Assembly (NCBI GenBank): GCA_964016885.1
Contig: OZ024743.1
Coordinates: forward strand, 40,734,001-40,798,000
DNA from: Eledone cirrhosa
Lineage: Eukaryota
Reading direction: 5' to 3'
Length of the DNA: 64,000 bases
Part shown: positions 1-13,960 of the stretch, piece after piece
Layout of the letters: each line of letters opens with the position of its first letter
Numbering within the stretch: the first letter of the stretch is position 1
Program-made: the position numbers and the translations under genes
The notes under the pieces: generated by a model
The model's input: the letters and a program-made list of their open reading frames with translations, nothing else
Database searches by the model: none
Told to the model about the DNA's origin: nothing

Positions 1-94
1 GTCAGATCCTGATTACACATCTACGAAATGAAGAGGTATTTATATACCTTCTTGGTAATTTTCAACAACATATATAGACAAGCATGGGTTTATT

Positions 95-243
95 TGTGTG
101 TACGTTTAGTATCTGTGTATGTGTGTGCGTTTAGCATGCATGTATGTGTGTACGTTTAGCATGTGTGTATGTGTGTACGTGTATCATGTGTGTATGTGTG
201 TACGTTGAGCATGTGTGTATGTGTGTACGTTTAGCATGTGTAT
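95..243. repeat. Minisatellite, unit about 26 bp (gtgtgtacgtttagcatgtgtgtat-like), 5-6 copies
   Basis: Recurring gtgtgtacgtt...agcatg motif read directly. Confidence 0.8.
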
Positions 244-2084
244 GCTTTGTTTGCCTATTTGTGTTCACAACAGGATGAAAGGTAAATTTGACTAAGCTGT
301 GATTTTGTCTAAGAGCAGAGAGAGCCGGAACACAACAAATCGCTAAGCATTTAATGAGATGCCTTTACAACTTTGGCATTTTGCCGGAAATAAATCCAAA
401 GGAATAAAAATAATGAAAATAAAGGTGCAATCTAATTTATTTTTCTTCACTTACCTTAAAAGCTCGTGCTATTTCTCTTTCTACTTCGCGATGATTAAGT
501 CCATTAGGGTTCCGCAGAATTTTGTAAGTTAACTCTCTTGTTTTCCATTTACTTCCTGCAAGCAGAAGAGAAAAAGAAACTGTTCACATGGTGTTTTAAA
601 TGTCGATTGCATTGATAAATCTATCAACCATTTTGATGTCACTCCATATGTGGCCACATCTGAGCCTCTCAAATAAAGCTTGGCATTTTAACGTGTTTAT
701 AATATATTTCAGCCCTTCTATCAAAAGAACCAAACAGTGTTTCAAACTAAATGTAATTATAAATACGGAGATTTCAGAGTTGCGCATGTCTTGCAAGTGA
801 CTTGATTTGAAATCATTTTTAGTTATTCTAGTAAAATAAAGTGCACAAAAGCCGTTAAATTCATTGCTCGCTTCTAAGACAAGTTTAAGACTTTCGTTAC
901 CATATTTCTAATGGAAGACATAGCTTATACTTTTTAAATAGTCTTGAAAACAATCAAGAATTTAGAGGATTTAAGGTTATATCATTCTTATTATTAAACT
1001 GGTGTTTGGCATGCAACTAAACGAGGGTTCTGACATAAAATTATTACAGAATGATTTTAGAATAAGCGATTTTATATCAAAGAACTAGGGGCAGTTTCAG
1101 GAGCTTTGACATTGAAAGAGGTAAGCAATATCAGAAAGGCATACAATGGATTCATTCTTTAAATTTTATTACTATTTGATGTGAGAGGTTGGCAAATGAG
1201 ATTACACATGAAAATTACCTTTCCAATGTGCAACCTTGACCAAAGTATTTTATTGCAGACCAACAGTCACCCATGCATGCACGTTTCCCTTCTCCACGCC
1301 ACCAAGGTTGTCCAAGGGAAAGCAAAGACAAGTATCGTGCTAGTGAAGTCATGGGAAAACTAAAAAGGAGAAAGAGCCGAATATGATACCATAAGGTATG
1401 TAATCCAAGGATCTAATATTTCTGTCAATCAAACGCCCTGTTTCAGCAATATATTTATTGACCCTCGAAAAGATGAATATCAACGTTGGCTTCGGTGTTA
1501 AAGTGTAATGTCAGATTCAAGCATGGAGACTCATCAGGCCAGAGCTTTTCTCGTTGTGACAAGCGTTAATCGACATAAAATACTAGACTTCTCACTGGAC
1601 GCACAGCTGATGTTGGTACTCATTTTCAGTTGAGAGGACTGGAACAACATGAAAGTAAGATACACATAAGAAACATGAATGCTCAAACTTCCAGACTTAT
1701 ATAAATATTTTAAAAATTTTCAAAGAAGAGGCAGCAACAGATAAAATCGAATAAACGTCAGAAACCGAAATCATTGCAATAATAAAAGTTACATTGTGGA
1801 TATTCCATTAATAATATTCTTCAATTATTCCATGGCCTCCAGAAACTATCTCATTATTCTTCGTTCCTTGAGAAAAGTTGAAGAGTAATTGCATGACTCT
1901 TTGATCTAATACTAAAATATATAGTGTAAGTATGTTTATGTTACGATATATGTAGTACGTACGTATGTGTTAAGAGATATACGATACGTATATATGTGTT
2001 AAAATATATATAGTACATATATATTTGTGCTATGATATATATAATACGTATGTTTATGTTCCGATATATATATATATATATATA

Positions 2085-2410
2085 TGGTGGCTGCCAACTC
2101 GTTTTCGAGTAAGGCCACTGCTTTATATCCATGTAGGAGAACCCCTACCGATGCATTGTACGAGTGTGACTTTTTAGTCCAGCCAGCGACTTGAACACTC
2201 TGGTACAAACACTACACTTGTGACAATTATTGACTCATAGTGCTGGGCCCATGGTACCATGTGACGACAAGTGCAGAGAGATCTCCAGATATAAAGCAAT
2301 GCCTGTGCCGTGAAGCTTTTATAATGAGCAAAGGCACTGCACAAAGCCAGTCCCACTTTCTTAACCAAGATGATATTTACCAAAGAGAAGAACAAGTCAA
2401 CATCATTGGA
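2085..2410. repeat. About 325 bp unique-sequence segment, with an inverted copy at 6053-6378
   Basis: ggtggctgccaactcg...aacatcattgga is the reverse complement of tccaatgatgtt...cgagttggcagccacc; ORFs 2240+ and 5807- share MLGPWYHVTTSAERSPDIKQCLC. Confidence 0.9.
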
Positions 2411-2627
2411 TACCATCAGAGTTGTATATATATATATACATACATACATGCATACATATATATATATATATATATATATAAGTTATGTTTAATTTATTGG
2501 GATACAACAAGCAAATATTTTTATAACTGATATAAAGCACTCAACAAACTATCCGGGAGCTTCCAACCGACATGGTCGCATTCTTTAAGGGTATGTCAAT
2601 ATTTGTTTATAAAACTGATCTATATTA

Positions 2628-2692
2628 TATTTTATCTGATGAAAGCGCACCATAATTTGCTTTGGTGTCCTTGAAATATATATAATGAAATA
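2628..2692 (+). ncRNA. Minimal type I hammerhead ribozyme (family A) in a PLE pseudo-LTR-like cassette at 2481-2730
   Basis: tattttat-CTGATGA-aagcgcacca...tggtgtcctt-GAAA-tatata-TA-atgaaata; stem I pairs 8/8 with one GU; palindromic stem III. Confidence 0.85.
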
Positions 2693-2729
2693 AATATGGT
2701 TTTATAAATATAGTTTCCATTTGTTAATA

Positions 2730-4215
<1,486 letters not shown>

Positions 4216-4351
4216 ATATATATATACATATATATATATAGTAATAATAATAAATTTGAAGACTAAAATCCAAAGAGGGCTCGATAAGGATAAATATATA
4301 TCAAATATATAAGAACCGTAGAGCAAAAAATAAATATATATATATTTATTG

Positions 4352-4684
4352 TTGAGGATGGCTCTGAACATTAATTAGTATACACTGAGGAAGAAAAACT
4401 CAGAGCTGTATGGGAGCATCCCAAAAGTCAGCTCAAAAGTGACACAGAGGAGACTGAGGTTAGCTGGACATGCTCACCGACAACCAGAGTTGACATTGCA
4501 CTCAGTGCTCCTTTGGGAGCCCCTACATGGACACACTAGAAGAGGAAGACCAAGGTTAACGTATGTTGATGCCCTAAGGACAGACACTGGTCTGTTGGAG
4601 ACGCAGGACATGGCAGCGATAATGAGGGACAGAGACCGCTGGAGAGAACTCGTCCATGGATCTCGGGAATTTTACCCTACTTAG
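4352..4684 (+). mobile_element. 5'-truncated RTE LINE 3' end, same family as 58791-60338
   Basis: TQRRLRLAGHAHRQPELTLHSVLLWEPLHGHTRRGRPRLTYVDALRTDTG; near-identical to 60007-60338; the stop codon is followed almost immediately by (TA)n. Confidence 0.9.
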
Positions 4685-4760
<76 letters not shown>

Positions 4761-4763
<3 letters not shown>

Positions 4764-4889
4764 CGAGTAGGACCCCGACGGCTGAGCTCAAGCCGTTTCG
4801 ACGGCTAATTCTGGACTAAAATGTCCAGAATTAATCCAGAATTAACCGTCGAAACGGCTTGAGCTCAGCCGTCGGGGTCCTACTCGTTC
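4761..4889. repeat. Near-perfect fold-back palindrome carrying the 3' half of a hammerhead (family D)
   Basis: gaacgagtaggaccccgacggct... / ...agccgtcggggtcctactcgttc; GAAA-cggct-tgagctc-agccg-TC-ggggt gives a full stem III with a GUC site. Confidence 0.85.
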
Positions 4890-4976
4890 ATATTACCCAC
4901 TTTACTACCCTAAGTATTGAGTACTTTGGTGCGTTATGGTCCATCGGCTTCCTTACCACATTTCCTTCGTTTTATA

Positions 4977-5031
<55 letters not shown>

Positions 5032-5498
5032 ATAATAATGATGGCTGCGCGTTGCAAATGGGGTGCATATGAAAAAGTAAGTCCTTCATCAGTGACCCTC
5101 CAACCGTCCCAGGCATTTCATCGCTTTAAGGGCCATATACCTCAGGTTGGTGCGAACAACGGCTAAAAAAAGTCGTTGGGACACGTAAATAAAGGGGACG
5201 TTAGGGTAACAAACAAAATGTTTTAAGCAACGGAAAGTGAGAAGAAATAGACAAGTCCCAGATCTCTATGAATATAAACTCGGTGAAATCGTGAACAAGA
5301 GACAAAAGACCATCAAACCTGGTTGAAATGTGAGCAAGGAAGGAATTTCACACAAGTCTAACGGGGAGAAGAAGAAGAAGAAGAAGAAGAAGAAGAAGAA
5401 GAAGAAGAAGAAGAAGAAGAAGAAGAAGAAGAAGAAGAAGAAGAAGGGGTCTGGTCTACGAATTCGGTGAACATAAGTTTTGTGAAGTCGCAGACGAA

Positions 5499-5542
<44 letters not shown>

Positions 5543-5566
5543 TTGTATGTATGTGTGTTTGTATGA

Positions 5567-5872
5567 AAGCGGTGGATTTATGGTTAGGGAAATCGGCTCA
5601 CGATCGTCTCCTCTTGAGTTCGATTCCGGACGGTGCGCTGTATCCTTGAGCAAGACACCTTATTTCACGTTGCTCCAGTCCAATTAGCTGGCAAAAATTA
5701 GTTGTACCTGGAATTCGAAGGGCAAACATTGTCACGGCAAATCTCCCAGAGAACTTCGTTAAGGGTACGTATTTGTGTGGAATTCTCAGCCACTTGCACA
5801 ATAACTTCACGAGGAGGCTGCTCCGCTGATCGGATCAACTGGAACACTCGTCGTCGTAACTAACGGAGTGCC
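5567..5872 (+). mobile_element. tRNA-derived SINE with a CORE-like central domain
   Basis: Box B-like gagttcgattcc, then ccttgagcaagacacctt; degenerate relatives at about 8850-9120 and 48460-48740. Confidence 0.65.
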
Positions 5873-6052
5873 TTCCATTCCATGTATGTATGTAAGTGTG
5901 TATGCATGTATGTAGGTATGTATGTACGTATGTATGTATGTATGTATGTATGTATGTATGTATGTATGTATGTATGTATGTATGTATGTATGTATGTATG
6001 TATGTACGTGTGTATGTATGTACGTATGTACGTATGTATGTATGTATATATG

Positions 6053-6378
6053 TCCAATGATGTTGAATTGTTCTTCTTTTTGGTAAATATCATCTTGGTT
6101 AAGAGAGTGGGACTGGCTTTGTGCAGTGCCTTTGCTCACTATAAAAGCTTCACAGCACAGGCATTGCTTTATATCTGGAGATCTCTCTGCACTTGTCGTC
6201 ACATGGTACCATGGGCCCAGCACTATGTGTCAATAATTGTCACAAGTGTAGTGTTTGTACCAGAGTTTTCAAGTCGCTGGCTGGACTAAAAAGTCACATT
6301 CGTTCAGCGCATTGGTAGGGGTTCTCCTACATGGATATAAAGTAGTGGCCGTACTCGAAAACGAGTTGGCAGCCACCA
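6053..6378. repeat. Inverted copy of 2085-2410
   Basis: Reverse-complement match along the whole length, with scattered substitutions. Confidence 0.9.
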
Positions 6379-6899
6379 TGTATATATGTATGTACGTATG
6401 CATGTATGTATGTATGTGTGTATGTATGTATGCATGTATGTATGTACGTGTGTATGTATGTACGTATGTATGTATATGTTTGTGTTACGTGTGCTCAAGA
6501 CATTTCAATATCGAATTTGATTTAGCAGCAACGTCGTCGTGCTCCACATTCCAGAATGGTCTTCTCTATAAGAGAATCAATCTAATATATTTCCAGTATG
6601 TAACACAATCCCCCATCATTCCCTTTTATTCTTACATTGTTCATCTTCATTATCTTCGTCTCTTTCTATTTTTGAGGACACCAAACTTATTTGAGTTTGT
6701 ACAGTATGAAGAAGCTGGTAGAGTTGACAACAACACCGTATTTTCCCCCACTATATAAGTCGCATTGTTGTCTACAGAAAAAGAAAATTCCGCCAAAATC
6801 TGTCAACATCTTATCCACTGAAGTTATGCATGATAAAAATAATTCTTTCCTGACATTGGACTTTCCTGATACTGCATAATGCCCACGTACCATCAGACA

Positions 6900-7680
6900 G
6901 AATAACATAGAAAACCCGGCAATGTACCAGACATCTGGAGGATGTTCTACTTGAATTGGCTTATACAGATAACATAGTTGCTCCCTTGGCAAACTCACCA
7001 AAGTAGCAGAGGGTGTATTTCATAAAGTGGAGGCTGCAGCGTAGTCTATTCGACTCTTCTTAAATGCTGACAAAACAAACGCCATGCACCTCAATGGAAC
7101 ATCAATTGACCAAATGCATGCGCTATAGAGTTAGGTGATTGAGAAGTAGATGACTTCTTATACCCTGGCAGATCCATGAACACAGAACACAATATGGACA
7201 CCAGTATAAGTAAGGCATTGGGAGCTCTCAACTCTCAATCGAAGGTGTGGGTACATTGCATCAAGAAAACAGCGAGAATGAGACAATTTAAAGCAACGGT
7301 CACGTCTATGGATGTGATTCATGGACATAAACAAAATTACTCACAAAGATCAATAGCACATACACGCGAATGTGAAGAAATGTTCATAGCATCTCCTGGA
7401 AAATACATTCAGCAAATAAATCATTGTATGGATCACACCCTCAGGTGTCTGACATCATAAGGCGACGGAGGTTCGCTTTAGCTGGACATGTGAAACGACA
7501 CCATGAACCTTCTGGCAGAGTTCTTTCCTGGAACACAGATGCACGCAAACGAGTTGGGAGAACAAACATCACACTGAAGGATCTTGTTGAAGATGACTCA
7601 ATGTTGGAGGCAAGGGAACTTCACATGACGCACTGGACATGGTGATCTATAGGAAGAACTTCGCCATGGCACTGGTAACG
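6900..7680 (+). mobile_element. Old, decayed RTE LINE 3' part (RT C-terminal half)
   Basis: Frameshifted translation ELAYTDNIVA (YADD-like), LFLNADKT, VDDFLY, YGCDSWT, IIRRRRFALAGHVKRH, RVGRTNIT. Confidence 0.8.
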
Positions 7681-8368
7681 GATACGTAGAAGACTCCTAA
7701 TATTTGCATAGTTGCACAAGCCACAACCAACAATGGATCAACAAATGTTGAGTAGAAAAATAAAAATTAATGTGAAAGGAAAAAAGACATCGTGTCAATT
7801 CAGCCTTTGCTTTGCCTTTAGACGAGAGTGACTTTCTCTGGAGAAGAGTGAGTGGCATGCACGGGTAACTGTTGGTCTTTCACGAAACACTTTGCCTTAA
7901 AATGTCTCTAAACAGTAAAACAAAATTCAAAACAGTGCTGACGAAATGGGTCAATACTACTAAACGTATGATGAACATAAACATGTATATTAATATTATC
8001 AATTATTTAATGATAGTTAGATATCACAACTGATTGCCGTAAAGTGAGATTTTTATCTTTTTACAAATTCAAAATTAAAAATCATTCTAGAAATTTGACA
8101 ACAAATATTGGAAGCTAAAAGAATATTGAGATCTAAATTATGGTCTTTGGTGAGTTAGCAATAGCTTTATTATGACTAAAATAAGGATTTCATCTTCAGG
8201 CATAAGGCCAGTAATTTTTAGAGGGGAAATTTGATTAAATTGACTACAGTACTGGATATCATTTCATTGTGCCCTTATTTTGACTATAAGAATTTACGCT
8301 TCAATAAACACGATGAAATGTACATATACTTCTACACTTATGTCCGTCTATCTATCGCCCTTGTAATG

Positions 8369-8403
<35 letters not shown>

Positions 8404-9729
8404 TAGATGCGTGTGTGTCTGTGTGTATCTGTCTCTGTACACGTATGATACATATGTATGTATACTTTTATATATATGTAACTGTAGGTATATAGATGTG
8501 ATTATGCATGGAGGGGAGGAGAATAGGAAGAGTGAGAGAGAGTGAGAGAGAGAGTGAAGGAGAGAGAGAGAGTGGGAGAGAGAGATAGACAGATGGATGG
8601 GCAGATGTTTTCTTTGTATTTTGATATATGAATGAATTGAATCAAAATCAATATTTAAATTAATATCGAAATCTAGATCATTGTTTTGCGTGCAAGTCTG
8701 AATAAAGACGATACATCTTTGAAGAAGACTTCTTGTCAGATTATACTCAGATGCTAGAAACCGAAAATGGAATGGACCTCTGTCAGTTTTAAAGATGATT
8801 GTTTCAGCTGCCTCATGCAAAAATGAATTCGTGTGGTTCAGCTTACGATTGTAAGTTTGGCAGCTCGAATCACAGCTGCACGTTGCGTCCTTGAATAAAG
8901 CTTTTTCCTCTCGATGCTGCAGTCCATTCAGTTGGGAAAATGCGTTGTACATATATTTCAAAAGCCAGCCATGATATACTCGAGTTACACTGAATCTCCC
9001 TGAGAATTGCGTTAAAGACACGTGCGTCTGTGTAATGCACAGTCACTCGTACATTAACTTAACTAGCAGAGTATTTTGTTCGAAGAAATAGAACACTTTT
9101 AGTAGGAACCAACTAAGAGTCCAGCCTACATATACATGCAAGAGATAGCGTGGAGTAATTTCAAGCAATTTGGCTGCTATTTCAATAATATTGTTTGACC
9201 TACCACTGTTATGTTATTTTCGTGACGCCAACCCTGTTCATTTTCTCTTATATTTAACAATAGTCATGAATCTTTTACACACACAGACAATCTCTTATAT
9301 ACTATTGAATAATCTATCCTATCAATATAAACTACTGCTAACTAAACTACTATTCACTTGCAGAAAATATACTTATATACTTGAAATCTGAGAATATTCT
9401 TGAGTAAAAAATGATATGAACATTTCCTGTATTTTGTATTTGTATTTATACATTCTACAATGTCGTCACATTTTTGATCATATTTCAGCTCAGTCTTGGC
9501 CGTCATTGGGTTAAACCACAAGAGCAATCACAATTTCTTAAAATTTCGTAGATTAACGCTGACTAACTTATCAATAGAGATTACATGAATGTTTGCAAAA
9601 ATCATAGCAGTGATAAGTGCCTTTCAATGTGTACGTGTGTCCGTGTCTGTCGTTTGGTAGATGAGTAGTGGTACACACATACATACATACATTTATATAT
9701 ATATACATCTATATATATATATACATTCA

Positions 9730-9809
<80 letters not shown>

Positions 9810-9811
<2 letters not shown>

Positions 9812-9921
9812 AACCGGTAAGACCCCGACGGCTGAGCTCAAGCCGTTTCGGCGGCTAATTCTGGACTAAATGAAAATTTATCCTGGTATTTAAATAGCCG
9901 ATCTTCTCAAGGGGTAATTCC
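9810..9921 (-). mobile_element. Second family D cassette with a hammerhead-like fold and non-canonical core
   Basis: Minus strand: acccc-ttgagaaga-tcggcta...tagccgcc-GAAA-cggct...agccg-TC-ggggt; abuts (TA)n. Confidence 0.6.
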
Positions 9922-10008
9922 ATATATGGTCAAAGTGATTGTCAAAAGTCAGTAGTAATTCTGTGATTGCATATATATATATGTTTGTGTGTGTGCGTGT
10001 ATGTCTGT

Positions 10009-10081
<73 letters not shown>

Positions 10082-10082
10082 A

Positions 10083-10127
<45 letters not shown>

Positions 10128-10980
10128 TGTATATATATATAGAGAGAGAAAAAGGTAGAGCGATACAAACAAGAACACACACATATATATATGAGTACAT
10201 CTGTGTGCGTGTATGCGCACGCATCTGTGCGTCTCTGTATAAGAAATAAATATTGGGGGAACGGCCGGTAGGATATGAGTGAGATAGTCAGAGAGATGAG
10301 GAAGAGAGTGAGAGAGAGGTAAACATACAGACATATGCACACGCGCGCGCACACACGGAGAGTCATAGAGAGTGATACAGAACGTGTATGAATGTGAAGT
10401 ATAAGAAATAGTGGCACATTTTACTAATGAAGTGGAATTGACATGAAACAAAATAATTAGATCTTTGTAAGTAAAGAGGTGAAATCTCACTAGTTCTTTA
10501 ATCATAGCCATTCATAAAGATATGTTTCTAGAAATACTGCAATCACAGGTGAGATGAAATTAAATTTTACATGACCTTATTCATACAAAGGTGGTAAATT
10601 AGCCGAAGCGTTAGAGAGTCGGGTGAAATATCTTGCGGTATTTGCTCCCGTTACACATCGCTCGGTATCTAAATTACGCCGAGTTCAATTTTGCTTTTCA
10701 TTCTTTTCTAGTTAATACATAATTGTTTCTACTTTTGGCACAGGGCCAGCAAATACCCAGTGTATTACTGGTACTTTATTTTATCGACCTCGTAAGGATG
10801 AAAGGCAAAGTTAAATACATAATATAGTTGCATGCCAGTACTAATACTACTACTACTACTACTACGTCTTCTTCTTCTTCTTCTTCTTCTTCTTCTTCTT
10901 CTTCTTCTTCTTCCTCCTCCTCCTTCTACTCCTACTACTATATATATATATAATGACACGTATAAGCAGTTAAATAGAAT

Positions 10981-11145
10981 AAAGCGACCAATATAATGTT
11001 TTTAGTTTGCATTATATTGGTCATTAAAGTGACCAATATAATGTATTTAGTTTGCATTATATTGGTCATTAAAGTGACCAATATAATGTATTTAGTTTGC
11101 ATTATATTGGTCATTAAAGTGACCAATATAATGTATTTAGTTTGC
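10981..11145. repeat. 45-bp minisatellite, about 3.7 units, each unit an internal hairpin
   Basis: Units start at 10981, 11026, 11071 and 11116; tgaccaatataatg...cattatattggtca forms a 14-bp stem. Confidence 0.92.
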
Positions 11146-11520
11146 GTTCCGGCTCTCACCTTAGCCTACTTGATAAATAGTTTAAGTATTCAAAACTGTT
11201 GCCGGCATAATTTATAGCCTTCCACCTACTGGTTGTCGTGAAAGTCATTTTAAAATACATGATAGTGTTAATTGCATTAACTTTAAATATCCTTCCTACT
11301 CAACCCTTCTCAAAGCCGGGCTCGTTGCATTTTCGTCTGAAAAAGCGTGGGTTGGCATATTTTGAAAATAGATTCATAAATATGCGAAATTAGTTATATA
11401 TATTCTGTATTATTCATTTAAAAAGTGTGCACTGAACGGAATTTATTATAAAATTTGCAGTATAAATTGCAATTCTTTGTGACATTGATAGAATATTGAA
11501 CCCACCACCATCTCTTCTTC

Positions 11521-11563
<43 letters not shown>

Positions 11564-11567
11564 CAAC

Positions 11568-11673
<106 letters not shown>

Positions 11674-11694
11674 CACACACGCACACACACACAC

Positions 11695-11725
<31 letters not shown>

Positions 11726-11990
11726 ATATATGAAAATAAAAATAAAAAGTGGGTATGTTTAGGAAGCTGTACAATACAAATAGGTTAGAATTACAATTAC
11801 CAAGGCAGCAAGTCTGAAGGGAATTGAGAGAGTTGAGGTGGTAGGCAAAACAGGTGAATATGGGATATAAAAGGGCAAGAATGACTGATTGTTAACTTTG
11901 CAATACATTATTCTCCAAATGTCTCATATTCGCTATTTCATTATCCGTAGGGATGGTTTCGAAGAAATCAGTGTTTGTTTGTTTTCCTGG

Positions 11991-12071
<81 letters not shown>

Positions 12072-12154
12072 CAGATTAAAGTTTAAGCAGAGAATCGCAG
12101 CTTTCACCCTTATCGAGCCCTCTTTGGACTTTAGTTTTCACATTTATTATTATT

Positions 12155-12200
<46 letters not shown>

Positions 12201-12205
<5 letters not shown>

Positions 12206-12647
12206 GATATTAATAAATGGAAACTATATTTATAAAACCATATTTATTTCATTATATATATTTCAAGGATACCAAGTTACATTATGGTATGCCTTCATCA
12301 GACAAAATACAATATATAACAGTTTTATAAATAGACATTCACGTACCCCTTTTAAAAATTGACCGTTGTTTTTGGAGGCCATCATGATACAAAACAACGG
12401 TCAATTTTTAAAGGGGTACGTCAATGTCTCTTTATAAAACTGTTATATATTGTATTTTGTCTGATGAAGGCATACCATAATGTAACTTGGTATCCTTGAA
12501 ATATATATAATGAAATAAATATGGTTTTATAAATATAGTTTCCATTTATTAATATCGTATATCTAATCCAAATATTTGTCGAGTGCTTTATATCAGTTAT
12601 AAAAATATTTGCTTGTTTTATCCCAACAATTTAAATAAAACTTTTGC
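12201..12647. mobile_element. Family A fold-back cassette: about 170-bp inverted arms, 18-nt loop, two hammerheads (12245-12309 minus; 12453-12517 plus) and a 3' tail
   Basis: Arms almost perfectly complementary; tattttgt-CTGATGA-aggcatacca...tggtatcctt-GAAA-tatata-TA-atgaaata; TA tracts on both sides. Confidence 0.9.
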
Positions 12648-12719
12648 ATATATATATATATATATTTATATATATATGTAGATAAATCTATCAAAATATA
12701 CGTTAGTGTCCAATCCGTA

Positions 12720-13960
12720 TGAAGAACTCAATGTAATCCAAATATCATGAAAAGAGAAGATTCATTCAAAAATTTTCGATAAAAATCATAGCAAAACAGA
12801 GTCAAGATAAATTAATAAAAACAATGATTTAATACCCACGAACATAGTTTTAAAAATGCCGCATTAGCTAATACAACATCCTTGGCTGAAACAATTAATA
12901 ATTATAGAAAGAAGAATATCGATTACAACCTGACCTGGAGCGTGCTCAAAAGGGCCACCCCTTATCGAAATAACCATACGAGTGTAGGTTATGCTCCCAG
13001 GAACTTTTTGAAATAAGCGACAGGAATTAATTATATCTTGCAATCATAGAATTAGAAGAACCTTCAAATATTATAAACCTAATTAATAAACACCTTACTC
13101 TTATATTTTACATATTATTATAATTATTTTTTTAAAATTTACTTAACTTATAATTAGTATTTTACTACAGAGAACTTCATAATTTTGTTTCCCTCTTACA
13201 GCTCTCTTTTCCTAAAATTAATACCTAAAAGTATACCTATAAATTCATTTAATTTCCTGTTATGAATCTAGATTCCTTGTAGTTTATATAAGATTGGTAT
13301 TTCTCACATCTACCCTTATCCCAAAATTTTACTTTCCTTCGTTTTTAACAACACTCTTTAATAACATCTAATTCTTATTTATCATATTCATATGAATTAA
13401 TATAAATGTATCCCTATAAGTATACCTATCAATTAATTTATTGTTATAGCTCTAGATTCCTTGTGGTTTAAATAAGATTGGTATTTCTCACTAATACCCT
13501 TACCCTAAAATGTTATTTCCCTTCGTTTTTAACATTAGTCTTTAATAACATCAAATTGTCGCCTCTTTTCATCTCCGAAGTATTCTTTTCATTCAAAGTA
13601 TTCTTTTCCTTCAAAACATCAGTCTGCAATCCTCTACCCCTAAATTAAATTTCTACTACCACTATTCTATCAACTTGACCTCTAACTACTGTTCTATTGG
13701 TTAATTCAAAACCTGTTCCCAAACAGACCTTTTATATTAAATCTTTGTTTGTGTTTTTCAATAAACAAATCTCATCATTTCTGAAGACAGCATGCATATG
13801 TGAAGGTATGTATATTTCCTCTGATAATTTGTAATATGTTTACATAGATCTATATGATATACATACCAACACACATAAACATTCTAGAAACGATCGTAAA
13901 ATGATGAATTTTTTAATATATGGAACTTGTATTTTGTTTTTATTTCATTTTTTTTATTAA
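12720..13960 (+). mobile_element. Decayed Penelope-like element 3' end: GIY-YIG C-terminal remnant, 3' UTR and hammerhead
   Basis: HSFKNAALANTTSLAETINNYRKKNIDYNLTWSVLKRATPYRNNH..CRLC..ELFEI..SCNHR matches the PLE endonuclease tail pattern; UTR has an internal tandem duplication (13222-13373 / 13411-13557). Confidence 0.7.
13772..13907 (+). ncRNA. Type I hammerhead ribozyme with extended stem II (about 100 nt)
   Basis: tcatcattt-CTGAAGA-[long stem II]-GAAA-cgatcg-TA-aaatgatga; perfect 9-bp stem I and palindromic stem III. Confidence 0.8.

Noticed and set aside
5040-5110. CTGATGA on the minus strand (tcatcag at about 5086-5092)
   Set aside because: No downstream stem II-GAAA-UH or stem I complement seen
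10981-11145. Palindromic repeats resembling a CRISPR array
   Set aside because: No unique spacers, no cas genes, eukaryotic context
12070-12155. Possible hammerhead in the acagattaaagtttaagc family (minus strand gtgaa.a...gaaagc)
   Set aside because: Core not canonical in any copy and no convincing stem I; kept only as a repeat
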